NCBI GenBank assembly: GCA_964627365.1
Contig: CAZVJS010000002.1
Span: 1-35,353 of the forward strand
Length of the DNA: 35,353 bases
Reading direction: 5' to 3'
Source of the DNA: an uncultured Candidatus Saccharibacteria bacterium
Lineage (GTDB): Bacteria > Patescibacteriota > Saccharimonadia > Saccharimonadales > CAZPPF01
Shown here piece by piece: positions 9,230-16,983 of this stretch. The position numbers and the translations under genes are program-made. The stretch's first letter is position 1. Each line of letters starts with the position of its first letter. The notes under the pieces are model-generated. The model saw only the letters and a list, made by a program, of their open reading frames with translations. It did not search any database and had not been told where the DNA came from.

Positions 9230-10492
9230 ATGCCACTCCAACGTTTTCACAAGCATCTTAAAAAACATCACCAATGGTTCTTTACATTAAAGGGCCACCC
9301 GTTTTTTATACCTGTTACAACTTTCCTGGTTCTGTTTATAGCTACTGCAGTTATTTTGGTCTCGTTGGGCGGTCAGACCGTTGGCGCTAGCGACAACCAT
9401 GTGGTCATAGTTACTCACGACAATAAGCAAGAAACAGTGCCCACCAGAGCTGTCAAAGTTAGTGATTTACTTGATAAATTAGGTGTCCACCTGGAAAAGG
9501 GCGATGTAGTTGAACCTACCGTTGATACGCCTATTGTAGAAGATAATTTCCGCGTCAATGTCTACCGAGCTCGGCCAGTTACGATTGTCGATGGTAGCCA
9601 AGTGACTCATGCCTACAATGCTGGCCAAACAGCTCGCAATGCGGCTAGTGAGGCTGGACTCACCGTGTATCCAGAGGATGACATTACCCGCCAACCAGTT
9701 CAGGATGTGCTCAAGGATGGCATTGGCGAAAAAATCGTGATTAATCGAGCGGTACCAGCCAACCTTAACCTTTATGGCACACCCGTCACCATCCGCACTC
9801 ATTCCAAAACGGTGGGCGATCTGCTCAAAGAAAAAAATGTTCAACTAGCCAAGGATGATCAGGTTCAACCTGCTGTCACCACACCGGTAACGCCAAGCAT
9901 GCAGGTATTTGTGGTTAGAGCTGGTACTCAGATTGCCACGCAGGAAGAGGCAATTGCTGCGCCATCGGAAACTATAGAAGACCCCAGCTTGTCCTTTGGT
10001 ACCACTGTACTGCGCCAAAACGGTGTTGCAGGCAAGAAACTGGTGACCTACCAGATAGAAACTCAAAACGGCAAAGAAGTTGCAAGACACGTCATACAGG
10101 AAGTTACCGTCATAGCGCCAGTCAAACAAGTGATAGCCCGTGGTAAAGTCGTATCAATTCCAGAAGACAAGACGGTTGTAATGGCCGCTGCCGGCATTAA
10201 GGCCAGTGATTATGCCTACGTAAACTACATTATCAGCCACGAGTCTGGCTGGTGCCCAACTAAGTTACAGGGCCAGATCGGATATTGCCCGGCTTACCCG
10301 CCATCATCCATTCCATCCGGACTAGGTTATGGTTTGGGCCAAGCTACACCTGGCTCCAAGATGTCTCCGTTTGGCTCAGACTGGACGAGTAACCCGGTCA
10401 CGCAGCTGCGATGGGCTACCAGCTATGCCGATGCGCGCTTTGGTAGCTGGGGAGCCGCTTACAATTACTGGCAAGCCCACCACAACTGGTAA
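9230..10492 (+). CDS. YabE-like cell-wall hydrolase (N-terminal TM, DUF348-like repeats, G5-like region, C-terminal lytic-transglycosylase-like domain)
   Basis: TM helix FFIPVTTFLVLFIATAVILV. The C-terminus (IISHESGW...GYGLGQ...) resembles transglycosylase/Rpf-like domains. Its position upstream of rsmA matches Firmicute yabE-ksgA synteny. Confidence 0.7.
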   Translation: MPLQRFHKHLKKHHQWFFTLKGHPFFIPVTTFLVLFIATAVILVSLGGQTVGASDNHVVIVTHDNKQETVPTRAVKVSDLLDKLGVHLEKGDVVEPTVDTPIVEDNFRVNVYRARPVTIVDGSQVTHAYNAGQTARNAASEAGLTVYPEDDITRQPVQDVLKDGIGEKIVINRAVPANLNLYGTPVTIRTHSKTVGDLLKEKNVQLAKDDQVQPAVTTPVTPSMQVFVVRAGTQIATQEEAIAAPSETIEDPSLSFGTTVLRQNGVAGKKLVTYQIETQNGKEVARHVIQEVTVIAPVKQVIARGKVVSIPEDKTVVMAAAGIKASDYAYVNYIISHESGWCPTKLQGQIGYCPAYPPSSIPSGLGYGLGQATPGSKMSPFGSDWTSNPVTQLRWATSYADARFGSWGAAYNYWQAHHNW

Positions 10493-10500
10493 CCGTATTC

Positions 10501-11304
10501 ATGGATGATCCAACACCAAAGAAGTCTCTCGGGCAGCACTGGCTCAAAGACGCTGAAACGCTTCAAACTATTGCCGATCAAGCCCAAGTTAATGCCAATG
10601 ATGTAGTGCTAGAAGTCGGTCCAGGTTTGGGCACACTAACACAGGTGCTGGTAAAACGGGCTCAAAAAGTTATTGCCGTAGAGTTCGACCAAGTATTGCT
10701 GAATCAACTCCAAAGTGTTTATAGCCTCCTGCCACGCTACGATGAAAAACTGGAGCTTATTCACGCAGACATTTTACACTTCAACTTAGACATTTTGCCA
10801 CTTGGCTACAAGGTAGTAGCCAACATTCCCTACTACATCACCGGCAATTTACTCAGAACACTATGTGAGGCCAAAAACCACTTTAGCCAAGCTGCGTTGC
10901 TGATTCAAAAAGAAGTAGCCGAGCGAGTGGTAGCTGGGCCTGGCAATATGAGCATGCTTAGTGTTAGCGTGCAATTTTATACCAAGGCCAGTCTGGGCCC
11001 GGTGGTTGAAGCTAGCAAGTTTACACCACCTCCAAAAGTTGATTCACAGGTACTTATTCTTGAACACCATGGACCGATGTTCAAAGATGTCGACACCAAA
11101 GAGTTTTTCCGATTGGTCAAAGCCGGTTTTAGTGAACGACGTAAAAAACTACGCAGTAGCTTGAGCGGGGGATTACGGGTAGACAAAAATACAGTAGAGC
11201 AATTGCTTGAAAAGTCAGGAATTTCAGCCGATGCTCGAGCCCAAGAACTATCGCTTGACCAGTGGTACTCCCTATACATAACACACCATCACAAAAACAC
11301 TTGA
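10501..11304 (+). CDS. rsmA: 16S rRNA (adenine1518/1519-N6)-dimethyltransferase
   Basis: SLGQHWL and VLEVGPGLGTLT motifs; 267 aa. Confidence 0.92.
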   Translation: MDDPTPKKSLGQHWLKDAETLQTIADQAQVNANDVVLEVGPGLGTLTQVLVKRAQKVIAVEFDQVLLNQLQSVYSLLPRYDEKLELIHADILHFNLDILPLGYKVVANIPYYITGNLLRTLCEAKNHFSQAALLIQKEVAERVVAGPGNMSMLSVSVQFYTKASLGPVVEASKFTPPPKVDSQVLILEHHGPMFKDVDTKEFFRLVKAGFSERRKKLRSSLSGGLRVDKNTVEQLLEKSGISADARAQELSLDQWYSLYITHHHKNT

Positions 11305-11349
11305 CGTGTTAAGTATCCCGGCATATACTAGAAGTTACTAGGAGCGTAA

Positions 11350-11814
11350 ATGGGACCGACAAACAACATAGGATACTTGATACAACGTCTATCCTTTTGC
11401 TTGGCCCGCCAGTCCGACCAAGTATTGCAGGAACAACTCGGAATTGGGCTCTCGCAGTTTAAAATTTTGATGGTACTCGGTTGGCATTCCAACGTTCAAC
11501 AACGTCATATCGCCGATAAACTGGGCCAAACAGAGGCGAGCATAAGTCGTCAGATCAAACTCTTGAAGGACAAGGGTTTACTGACAACTGAAATAAGTCC
11601 ACAGAACCGTCGTGAGCACATTACCAAGCCAACTGCCAAAGGCCAACGCTTGAGTGACAAGGCTCTCGAAGTTCTAAATGACTATCATTCTCCCATGTTT
11701 GCTAAGCTCAGTGAAAAACAACAAAAAGAACTGTTGGAAAATCTAACGACGTTATACGACTACGCATGCATGACCGAAAAACCAAGCAATTTATTACATA
11801 AACCCCATAAATAA
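11350..11814 (+). CDS. MarR-family transcriptional regulator
   Basis: 154 aa with a winged-HTH signature (QQRHIADKLGQTEASISRQIKLLKDKGLL). SD aggag lies upstream, and efflux pump genes follow directly. Confidence 0.85.
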   Translation: MGPTNNIGYLIQRLSFCLARQSDQVLQEQLGIGLSQFKILMVLGWHSNVQQRHIADKLGQTEASISRQIKLLKDKGLLTTEISPQNRREHITKPTAKGQRLSDKALEVLNDYHSPMFAKLSEKQQKELLENLTTLYDYACMTEKPSNLLHKPHK

Positions 11815-11825
11815 GAAGGAGGAAT

Positions 11826-13133
11826 ATGGCTAAAAACGATTCAAGCCGGTTTGAAGGACGCGCCCTGCCAATTGTTCTATTTACAGTCTTTCTGGACGTT
11901 CTAGGCGTTGGAATTTTACTTCCCGTCCTGCCACAACTTATCTTTAAGATTTTCGAACCCGCAGGGTTCTCGCTGAACGGTTCGCTGATTATACTTGGCT
12001 GGCTGGTCGGTATTTATCCTCTTATGCAGTTTTTGGCTACGCCAATTTTGGGTCAGTTGTCTGACCGCTTTGGCCGTAAGCCCATCTTGGGCTTCAGCTT
12101 AGCTGGTACATCAGTGGGGTATATTTTGTTTGCCATTGCTATTTTGACCAAGAGTATCCCGCTACTGTTCTTTGCTCGAGCCTTTGATGGTATAACGGGT
12201 GGAAATATTAGCGTGGCACGTGCTGTTATCGCTGACACAACGCCCCCGGAACACCGGACCCGTAACTTTGGCCTGATGGGAGCGGCTTTTGGGTTTGGCT
12301 TCGTGATTGGCCCATATATTGGGGCACGCTTAGCTAGCCCTAACCTTAGTTTCTATGGCTTATTTAATACGCCGCACTGGTTTAATACTGCCACTCCATT
12401 CTGGTTTACGGCCATCTTGAGCGCGATCAATGTGATGCTCGTTATGTTTATTTTGCCCGAGACCAACCAGCGTATCCAGCGGGCCGTCAAGATTGTTTGG
12501 ACAAAATCACTCGAAAATATACGTAAGGCTGCAGCGGCTCCGGGACTCCGGGTCATTTTTGGTTCAGAGTTTCTATTTTGGAGTGGATTTGCATTCTTTA
12601 CCACCTTTTTCCAGATCCGATTGATTGAAAAACTCCACTTTACCCCAAGCAACATTGGTGATTATTTTGCCTATTTTGGAATCATCATGGTTTTAGTCCA
12701 GGCAGTGTTGGTACCTTTGTTGGCCAAGCGCTTCAAGAATCACCAAATACTTCGTTTTAGTTTTTTGGGGGTGAGTGCCGCTTTATTCCTTCAGCTACTG
12801 GCTACTAATACCACTCAGCTTTTGCTGATCACTATTTTTATGCCAATTTTTGTAGGGTTGACTATAGCGAACGCCACAACCTTGATCAGTTTGTCGGCCG
12901 GAAAGGATATTCAGGGTGAGGTGTTGGGTATCGAAGCTAGTGTCCAGGCTCTGGCTCAGTCCATACCGGCCATCATTGCTGGCTATATAGCCACGCTAGG
13001 AGTTAACATGCCTGTGATTGTAGCCGGATCGATTGTGTTTACGGCTGGCGTAGTCTTTAACACGTTCTACCGACCATCCAGTCATGTGCTTCATCAAGAA
13101 GGAGCTGACGAACTCGCGACAGCAGCAGAATAA
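11826..13133 (+). CDS. MFS transporter, DHA1-like (12 TMS)
   Basis: MFS motif A GQLSDRFGRKP. SD aaggagg at 11816-11822. Confidence 0.85.
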   Translation: MAKNDSSRFEGRALPIVLFTVFLDVLGVGILLPVLPQLIFKIFEPAGFSLNGSLIILGWLVGIYPLMQFLATPILGQLSDRFGRKPILGFSLAGTSVGYILFAIAILTKSIPLLFFARAFDGITGGNISVARAVIADTTPPEHRTRNFGLMGAAFGFGFVIGPYIGARLASPNLSFYGLFNTPHWFNTATPFWFTAILSAINVMLVMFILPETNQRIQRAVKIVWTKSLENIRKAAAAPGLRVIFGSEFLFWSGFAFFTTFFQIRLIEKLHFTPSNIGDYFAYFGIIMVLVQAVLVPLLAKRFKNHQILRFSFLGVSAALFLQLLATNTTQLLLITIFMPIFVGLTIANATTLISLSAGKDIQGEVLGIEASVQALAQSIPAIIAGYIATLGVNMPVIVAGSIVFTAGVVFNTFYRPSSHVLHQEGADELATAAE

Positions 13134-13148
13134 AAGAAAGGAGTAATA

Positions 13149-14765
13149 ATGGCCTTAAGACTTATTAGAAAAAGGGATTACGTTCCCGAGCAAGTTTACC
13201 AGAGACGCTGGTGGATTTTGGCAGTACTGTGTTTGGCGCTTTTTATAGTGATGATAGACAACACGGTACTGAACGTTGCGCTTCCAACGCTAAGCCGAGA
13301 ATTACACGCCACTAGCTCGCAATTGCAGTGGATGGTAGACGCCTACTCCTTAATCTTTGCCGGACTCTTGTTTACGGCAGGAGCGGTCGGTGACCGCTAT
13401 GGGCGAAAAGGCATCTTTCAGGCAGGGTTGTTATTATTTGGTCTGACATCTGCCTACACTGCCTTTATTGCCAGCAGTGCTACGGCCGTTATTTTTGCTC
13501 GTGGTGCGATGGGTTTGGCTGGAGCTATGATTATGCCCGCTACTCTGTCTATTCTCACCAACGTCTTCCCGCCAAAAGAGCGTGCTAAAGCTGTTGGTAT
13601 CTGGTCGGGAATTGTTGGTGTGGGAGTGGCGGTTGGCCCTGTACTGGGTGGCTTTTTACTGGACCATTTTTCATGGCATTCGGTGTTTACCATTAACATT
13701 CCAATTGTGATTGTTTGTCTAATTGCCGCAGCTTTTATTGTCCCACGTACTGCAGATCCATCACATGCCAGTTTGGACCCGCTTGGTGGCTTTTTGTCTA
13801 CCGTTGGTTTAGTGGCGCTGGTCTACGCCATTATTGAAGCCCCCAACAAGGGTTGGTTGGCTGCCTCAACCCTTCTGATTGGTAGCATGGCAGTGCTTAT
13901 ACTTGCGCTGTTCTACTGGTGGCAGCTGCGTGCTAAACACCCAATGTTAGATGTACGGCTGTTCAAAAACAAAGCTTTTGGTATTAGCGCTTTCTCGATT
14001 GGCTTAGTATTCTTCTCGCTATACGGTATTTTCTTTAGTTTTTCGCTGTTTCTGCAGCTCATTCACGGCTACTCACCGCTAGAGGCCGCGATACGAATGT
14101 TGCCAATTGCCGGTGTGCTGGCCTTTGCTGCTCCGTTGTCCACCGTGCTAGCCAAACGCCTTGGCAAACGCAGAATAGTTGGAAGTGGAATGCTCCTAGT
14201 AGCACTTGGTGTACTCATATTTTCAACAGTTGGGATTACTTCGTCCTACCTACATTTGCTGGCGGGCATGTTAGTCATGGCCTTTGGCATGGGGCTGGCA
14301 ATGTCGCCAACTACTGACCTGCTCATGTCCTCGGTACCCAAGAACCGGGCTGGTATGGGCTCGGCTATGAACGATACTGCCCGTGAACTAGGTGGTGCAC
14401 TTGGTGTTGCGGTTCTGGGTAGCTTGCTGGCTTCTCAGTACACGCGTCAGATCTCGGGTGCTCTAACGGCATTGCCCGCTACCGCCAAGCAAGTGGCTGA
14501 AGGTTCACTGGCCGGTGCAATGGGTGTGGCTCAGCAAATTGGTGGCACAGCTGGCCATGAGGTCCTGGTAGCCGCACAAAACGCTTGGATGAGCGGTTTC
14601 CATCGTTCGCTGGTAATTGGTGCCGCCATCATTACCGTTGCAGCTATAGTGGCCTTTAGGGGTCTACCGGATATAGCTCAAGATGTTATTCCGGAAGAAG
14701 GCTACTTTGAAGAGGATGAAGAAGCTGAGCAAAAAAAGCCAGCAAAAGCCACTGCTACAGACTAG
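13149..14765 (+). CDS. MFS transporter, DHA2/EmrB-like (14 TMS)
   Basis: Motif A GAVGDRYGRKG; 538 aa with about 14 hydrophobic segments. SD aaaggag lies upstream. Confidence 0.85.
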   Translation: MALRLIRKRDYVPEQVYQRRWWILAVLCLALFIVMIDNTVLNVALPTLSRELHATSSQLQWMVDAYSLIFAGLLFTAGAVGDRYGRKGIFQAGLLLFGLTSAYTAFIASSATAVIFARGAMGLAGAMIMPATLSILTNVFPPKERAKAVGIWSGIVGVGVAVGPVLGGFLLDHFSWHSVFTINIPIVIVCLIAAAFIVPRTADPSHASLDPLGGFLSTVGLVALVYAIIEAPNKGWLAASTLLIGSMAVLILALFYWWQLRAKHPMLDVRLFKNKAFGISAFSIGLVFFSLYGIFFSFSLFLQLIHGYSPLEAAIRMLPIAGVLAFAAPLSTVLAKRLGKRRIVGSGMLLVALGVLIFSTVGITSSYLHLLAGMLVMAFGMGLAMSPTTDLLMSSVPKNRAGMGSAMNDTARELGGALGVAVLGSLLASQYTRQISGALTALPATAKQVAEGSLAGAMGVAQQIGGTAGHEVLVAAQNAWMSGFHRSLVIGAAIITVAAIVAFRGLPDIAQDVIPEEGYFEEDEEAEQKKPAKATATD

Positions 14766-14782
14766 TAATTTATTGGCATAAG

Positions 14783-14791
14783 TGGTATAAT
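14783..14791 (+). promoter_or_regulatory. Extended -10 promoter of ssrA
   Basis: tggtataat matches TGnTATAAT and ends 9 nt upstream of the mature 5' GGGGCUG at 14801. Confidence 0.6.
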
Positions 14792-14800
14792 TGCCGTTAC

Positions 14801-15209
14801 GGGGCTGAATTTTAAGCTCGACGTTGGACTTTATCGGTTATATCAGCAGGTCGCTTGTCAGCGTATAGACAAACTTCAATAATTGCAAAATTATTTGATC
14901 GCGTAGCAAGTGCTGTTAGTAACGGAGTTAACGCTTTTGTTGCTTCTATCAGCACCCCTGTTTACGCAACAGCTTAAGTTACGACTTGAGCCACGTCTAA
15001 CATGACTTCAGATAGTGCTATGACGTGTCATATTATCTGGATGCGCAGACTTTACTGTCCATAAAATCTGTTAAGACTTTAGGACTGCTGTGTGCAACTT
15101 TTTGTCCGTTTACCGGTTGCATACCTAAGACATCTAAGCGGACTAAGCCTGTAGAAGATTAACCAAGATAAACTAGCGGACGTGGGGGCAGTACCCACCA
15201 GCTCCACCA
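14801..15209 (+). ncRNA. ssrA: tmRNA (transfer-messenger RNA), 409 nt
   Basis: The 5' ggggctga...tcgacg and 3' ggac-gtggg-ggcagta-cccac-cagctcc-acca align with the E. coli tmRNA ends. The acceptor stem carries the G3:U70 alanine identity pair. An internal tag frame ends ...PVYATA with TAA at 14975-14977. Confidence 0.9.
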
Positions 15210-15219
15210 TAAGCACTTT

Positions 15220-15246
15220 GACCTCTGTAAAAAGAGGTCTTTTTGT
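15220..15246 (+). terminator. Rho-independent terminator of ssrA (module copy 2)
   Basis: gacctc (15220-15225), loop tgtaaaaa, gaggtc (15234-15239), then tttttg. A ttgaca box at 15247-15252 follows. Confidence 0.75.
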
Positions 15247-15307
15247 TTGACATTTGTTGTGCAGACCTGCAAAATATTAAGTGATAATAGCAAAAAGGAT
15301 AAAAAAT

Positions 15308-15934
15308 ATGGATGAAGCTCAACCACCAAATCAACAAATGAATGCCGGACAAACTGAGGAAACTCATGACGCATCTGTTCATCAGATTCATCCCGAACAT
15401 GCAGGCGTAGGTATTAACGAGAGGCTCACTGCTATAGGAATTAATCCTTCGGGTCTTGTCCCTGAAACTGAATACGTAGCTGACCAAGCTGCCAAGACTG
15501 AAGCCAGAGAGCAAGAAGCGAAAGTGCTGGAATGGCAAGAACTTGTTGACGGAGTACGCAAAGACCTTGCTTACCGTCGTGACCAAGAGGAGGCTCGTCT
15601 CAGGACTGACTTTAATAGGGGCTATATTAGAACCGAGGAACTGGCTGCAAAAAGACTGTCCCAAATTGATGAAGCTATCGCAAGGGGGGCTATGAGAAGC
15701 AAGCAGTACAGTGGTGGCACTTTGCCAGGTGGCAGTATGTTTGAAGCACCCCGACTATATCAGACTTACTATGAATCGGTTGATGAGCAAGGCAACATTT
15801 GGCGAGAATATGAGTCGGTAAACCCCAGAGACGGGGCAGAATTAACTGGAAACCCAGAGCCTGTAGGTAAACGCATGTACATGGAAAATCCAACTCTTCC
15901 CCCCCAGGCTAGTGAAGAGCAAACTGCTTCGTAG
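15308..15934 (+). CDS. Hypothetical soluble protein
   Basis: ATG at 15308 preceded by aaagga. The sequence is hydrophilic with no TM helix and no domain I recognise. The ORF-track start at 15281 (GTG) is an extension. Confidence 0.5.
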   Translation: MDEAQPPNQQMNAGQTEETHDASVHQIHPEHAGVGINERLTAIGINPSGLVPETEYVADQAAKTEAREQEAKVLEWQELVDGVRKDLAYRRDQEEARLRTDFNRGYIRTEELAAKRLSQIDEAIARGAMRSKQYSGGTLPGGSMFEAPRLYQTYYESVDEQGNIWREYESVNPRDGAELTGNPEPVGKRMYMENPTLPPQASEEQTAS

Positions 15935-15948
15935 AGAATTGTCAGTTA

Positions 15949-16091
15949 GGGCGTATACCCTCAGGTAACTAATAACCTCTTACGCAGCTCTTCCTCTCTT
16001 TTGAACTCAATGTAATCATCCCAGAGTAAATACCTCCATCTCTGTATTTCCTCTAATATGAGGGGTGAACTTTTTTCAAGGTGGTCCACCA
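15949..16091 (+). repeat. Repeat D: 143-nt intergenic element ending in ccacca
   Basis: Direct repeat of 16755-16896, roughly 80-85% identical by eye and near-identical over the 3' 100 nt. It begins 14 nt after the stop codon of the preceding gene. Confidence 0.8.
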
Positions 16092-16101
16092 ATTATGATT
16101 T

Positions 16102-16127
16102 GACCTCTGTAAAAGGAGGTCTTTTTG
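16102..16127 (+). terminator. Rho-independent terminator (module copy 3)
   Basis: gacctc (16102-16107), loop tgtaaaag, gaggtc (16116-16121), then tttttg. Confidence 0.7.
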
Positions 16128-16128
16128 T

Positions 16129-16157
16129 TTGCAAATCCAAAGTTCTATGCTTATGCT
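16129..16157 (+). promoter_or_regulatory. Sigma70-like promoter for pilin-like gene 2
   Basis: -35 ttgcaa (16129-16134), 17-nt spacer, -10 tatgct (16152-16157). The ATG lies 9 nt downstream with no SD. Confidence 0.5.
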
Positions 16158-16166
16158 TAGACTAAT

Positions 16167-16754
16167 ATGATAAAACTCAACAGCAAGGGCTTAGGTGTTA
16201 TAGAGGTAATATTAGTGGTTGTGATTGTAGGGTTAATCGGTGGGGTTGGATACTTTGTATACCAGTCTAAGAAAAATACCGACCAGATTTTAAATAACAC
16301 TGCCAACTCGCAAGGTACACCTGAAAAATCCACAAAAACCTCCACCAAACCAACAACACCGTCTAATACAGTGACTACAACCAATACGGATCCTAACTAT
16401 TTGATCATAAAAGAGTGGGGAGTAAAGGTAAAAATTCCGAATGCAAATCGTTTATCGTACGAAATAGTGTCGCAGTCTGGCGACGGTACGACACCTGATG
16501 GCTCAGCCGAATACGTAGACACTGCTCGTTTGTCATTGGCAGATTCAATTACTACCGATACTTCGTGCAAAAGTATTGGAATAGGAATTGGACGGGCAAA
16601 GCTTATTAAATCAACATCTTCTTTGCCTACGGTAGGGAATTACGTATTCGAAGTGGGTGGAAGTCCCTATGCGTGTGGGAACGCTCAGCTTGACGCCATT
16701 CGAGCAACTTATACTGGCAATAACCCATCGAGCTGGACATATTCTGCGAACTAA
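16167..16754 (+). CDS. Type IV pilin-like protein (paralog 2, different C-terminal domain)
   Basis: N-terminus MIKLNSKG|LGVIEVILVVVIVGLIGGVGYFVY has Gly at -1 and Glu at +5. A T/S/P/N-rich linker and a globular domain with 2 Cys follow. Confidence 0.7.
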   Translation: MIKLNSKGLGVIEVILVVVIVGLIGGVGYFVYQSKKNTDQILNNTANSQGTPEKSTKTSTKPTTPSNTVTTTNTDPNYLIIKEWGVKVKIPNANRLSYEIVSQSGDGTTPDGSAEYVDTARLSLADSITTDTSCKSIGIGIGRAKLIKSTSSLPTVGNYVFEVGGSPYACGNAQLDAIRATYTGNNPSSWTYSAN

Positions 16755-16896
16755 GGGCGTATACCGATAGGGACTACCAACCTCTTTCGTCGTTCTTACT
16801 CTCTTTTGAACTCTATGTAATCACCCCAGAGTAGATACCTCCATCTCTGTATTTACTCTTCTATGAGGGGTGAACTTTTTTCAAGGCAATCTACCA
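16755..16896 (+). repeat. Repeat E: second copy of the D element
   Basis: It starts immediately after the pilin stop codon (taa|gggcgtatacc) and ends in ctacca. Confidence 0.8.
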
Positions 16897-16897
16897 C

Positions 16898-16926
16898 TTT
16901 GAATATTTTCCAGCTTATGCTATAAT
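16898..16926 (+). promoter_or_regulatory. Candidate typA promoter (extended -10)
   Basis: -35 tttgaa (16898-16903), 17-nt spacer ending in the extended -10 element tgc, then tataat (16921-26). Confidence 0.5.
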
Positions 16927-16942
16927 TTAGGTAATAAGTAAA

Positions 16943-16971
16943 GCGCTTATGTTCAGATAAGCGCATTTTTT
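16943..16971 (+). terminator. Terminator-like hairpin 13 nt upstream of the typA start codon
   Basis: gcgcttat (16943-50), loop gttcag, ataagcgc (16957-64), then atttttt. Confidence 0.55.
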
Positions 16972-16983
16972 ATTGTTAAGGCC

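Noticed and set aside
15159-15664. Minus-strand ORFs (71 aa and 163 aa) over the tmRNA 3' end and the 15308-15934 gene
   Set aside because: They overlap a confidently identified ssrA and its terminator. Their composition is Cys/Phe/Ser-rich, as expected for antisense shadows.
975-16896. The repeat-flanked cassettes as an integron array with attC sites
   Set aside because: The elements are direct repeats and lack the imperfect inverted-repeat (R''-L''/L'-R') architecture of attC. No intI-like tyrosine recombinase or attI is in the window, and the cassettes carry their own promoters.
975-16896. The repeat pairs as template/variable repeats of a diversity-generating retroelement
   Set aside because: The differences between copies are not adenine-specific, the repeats are intergenic rather than within a target gene's 3' end, and no reverse transcriptase is present.
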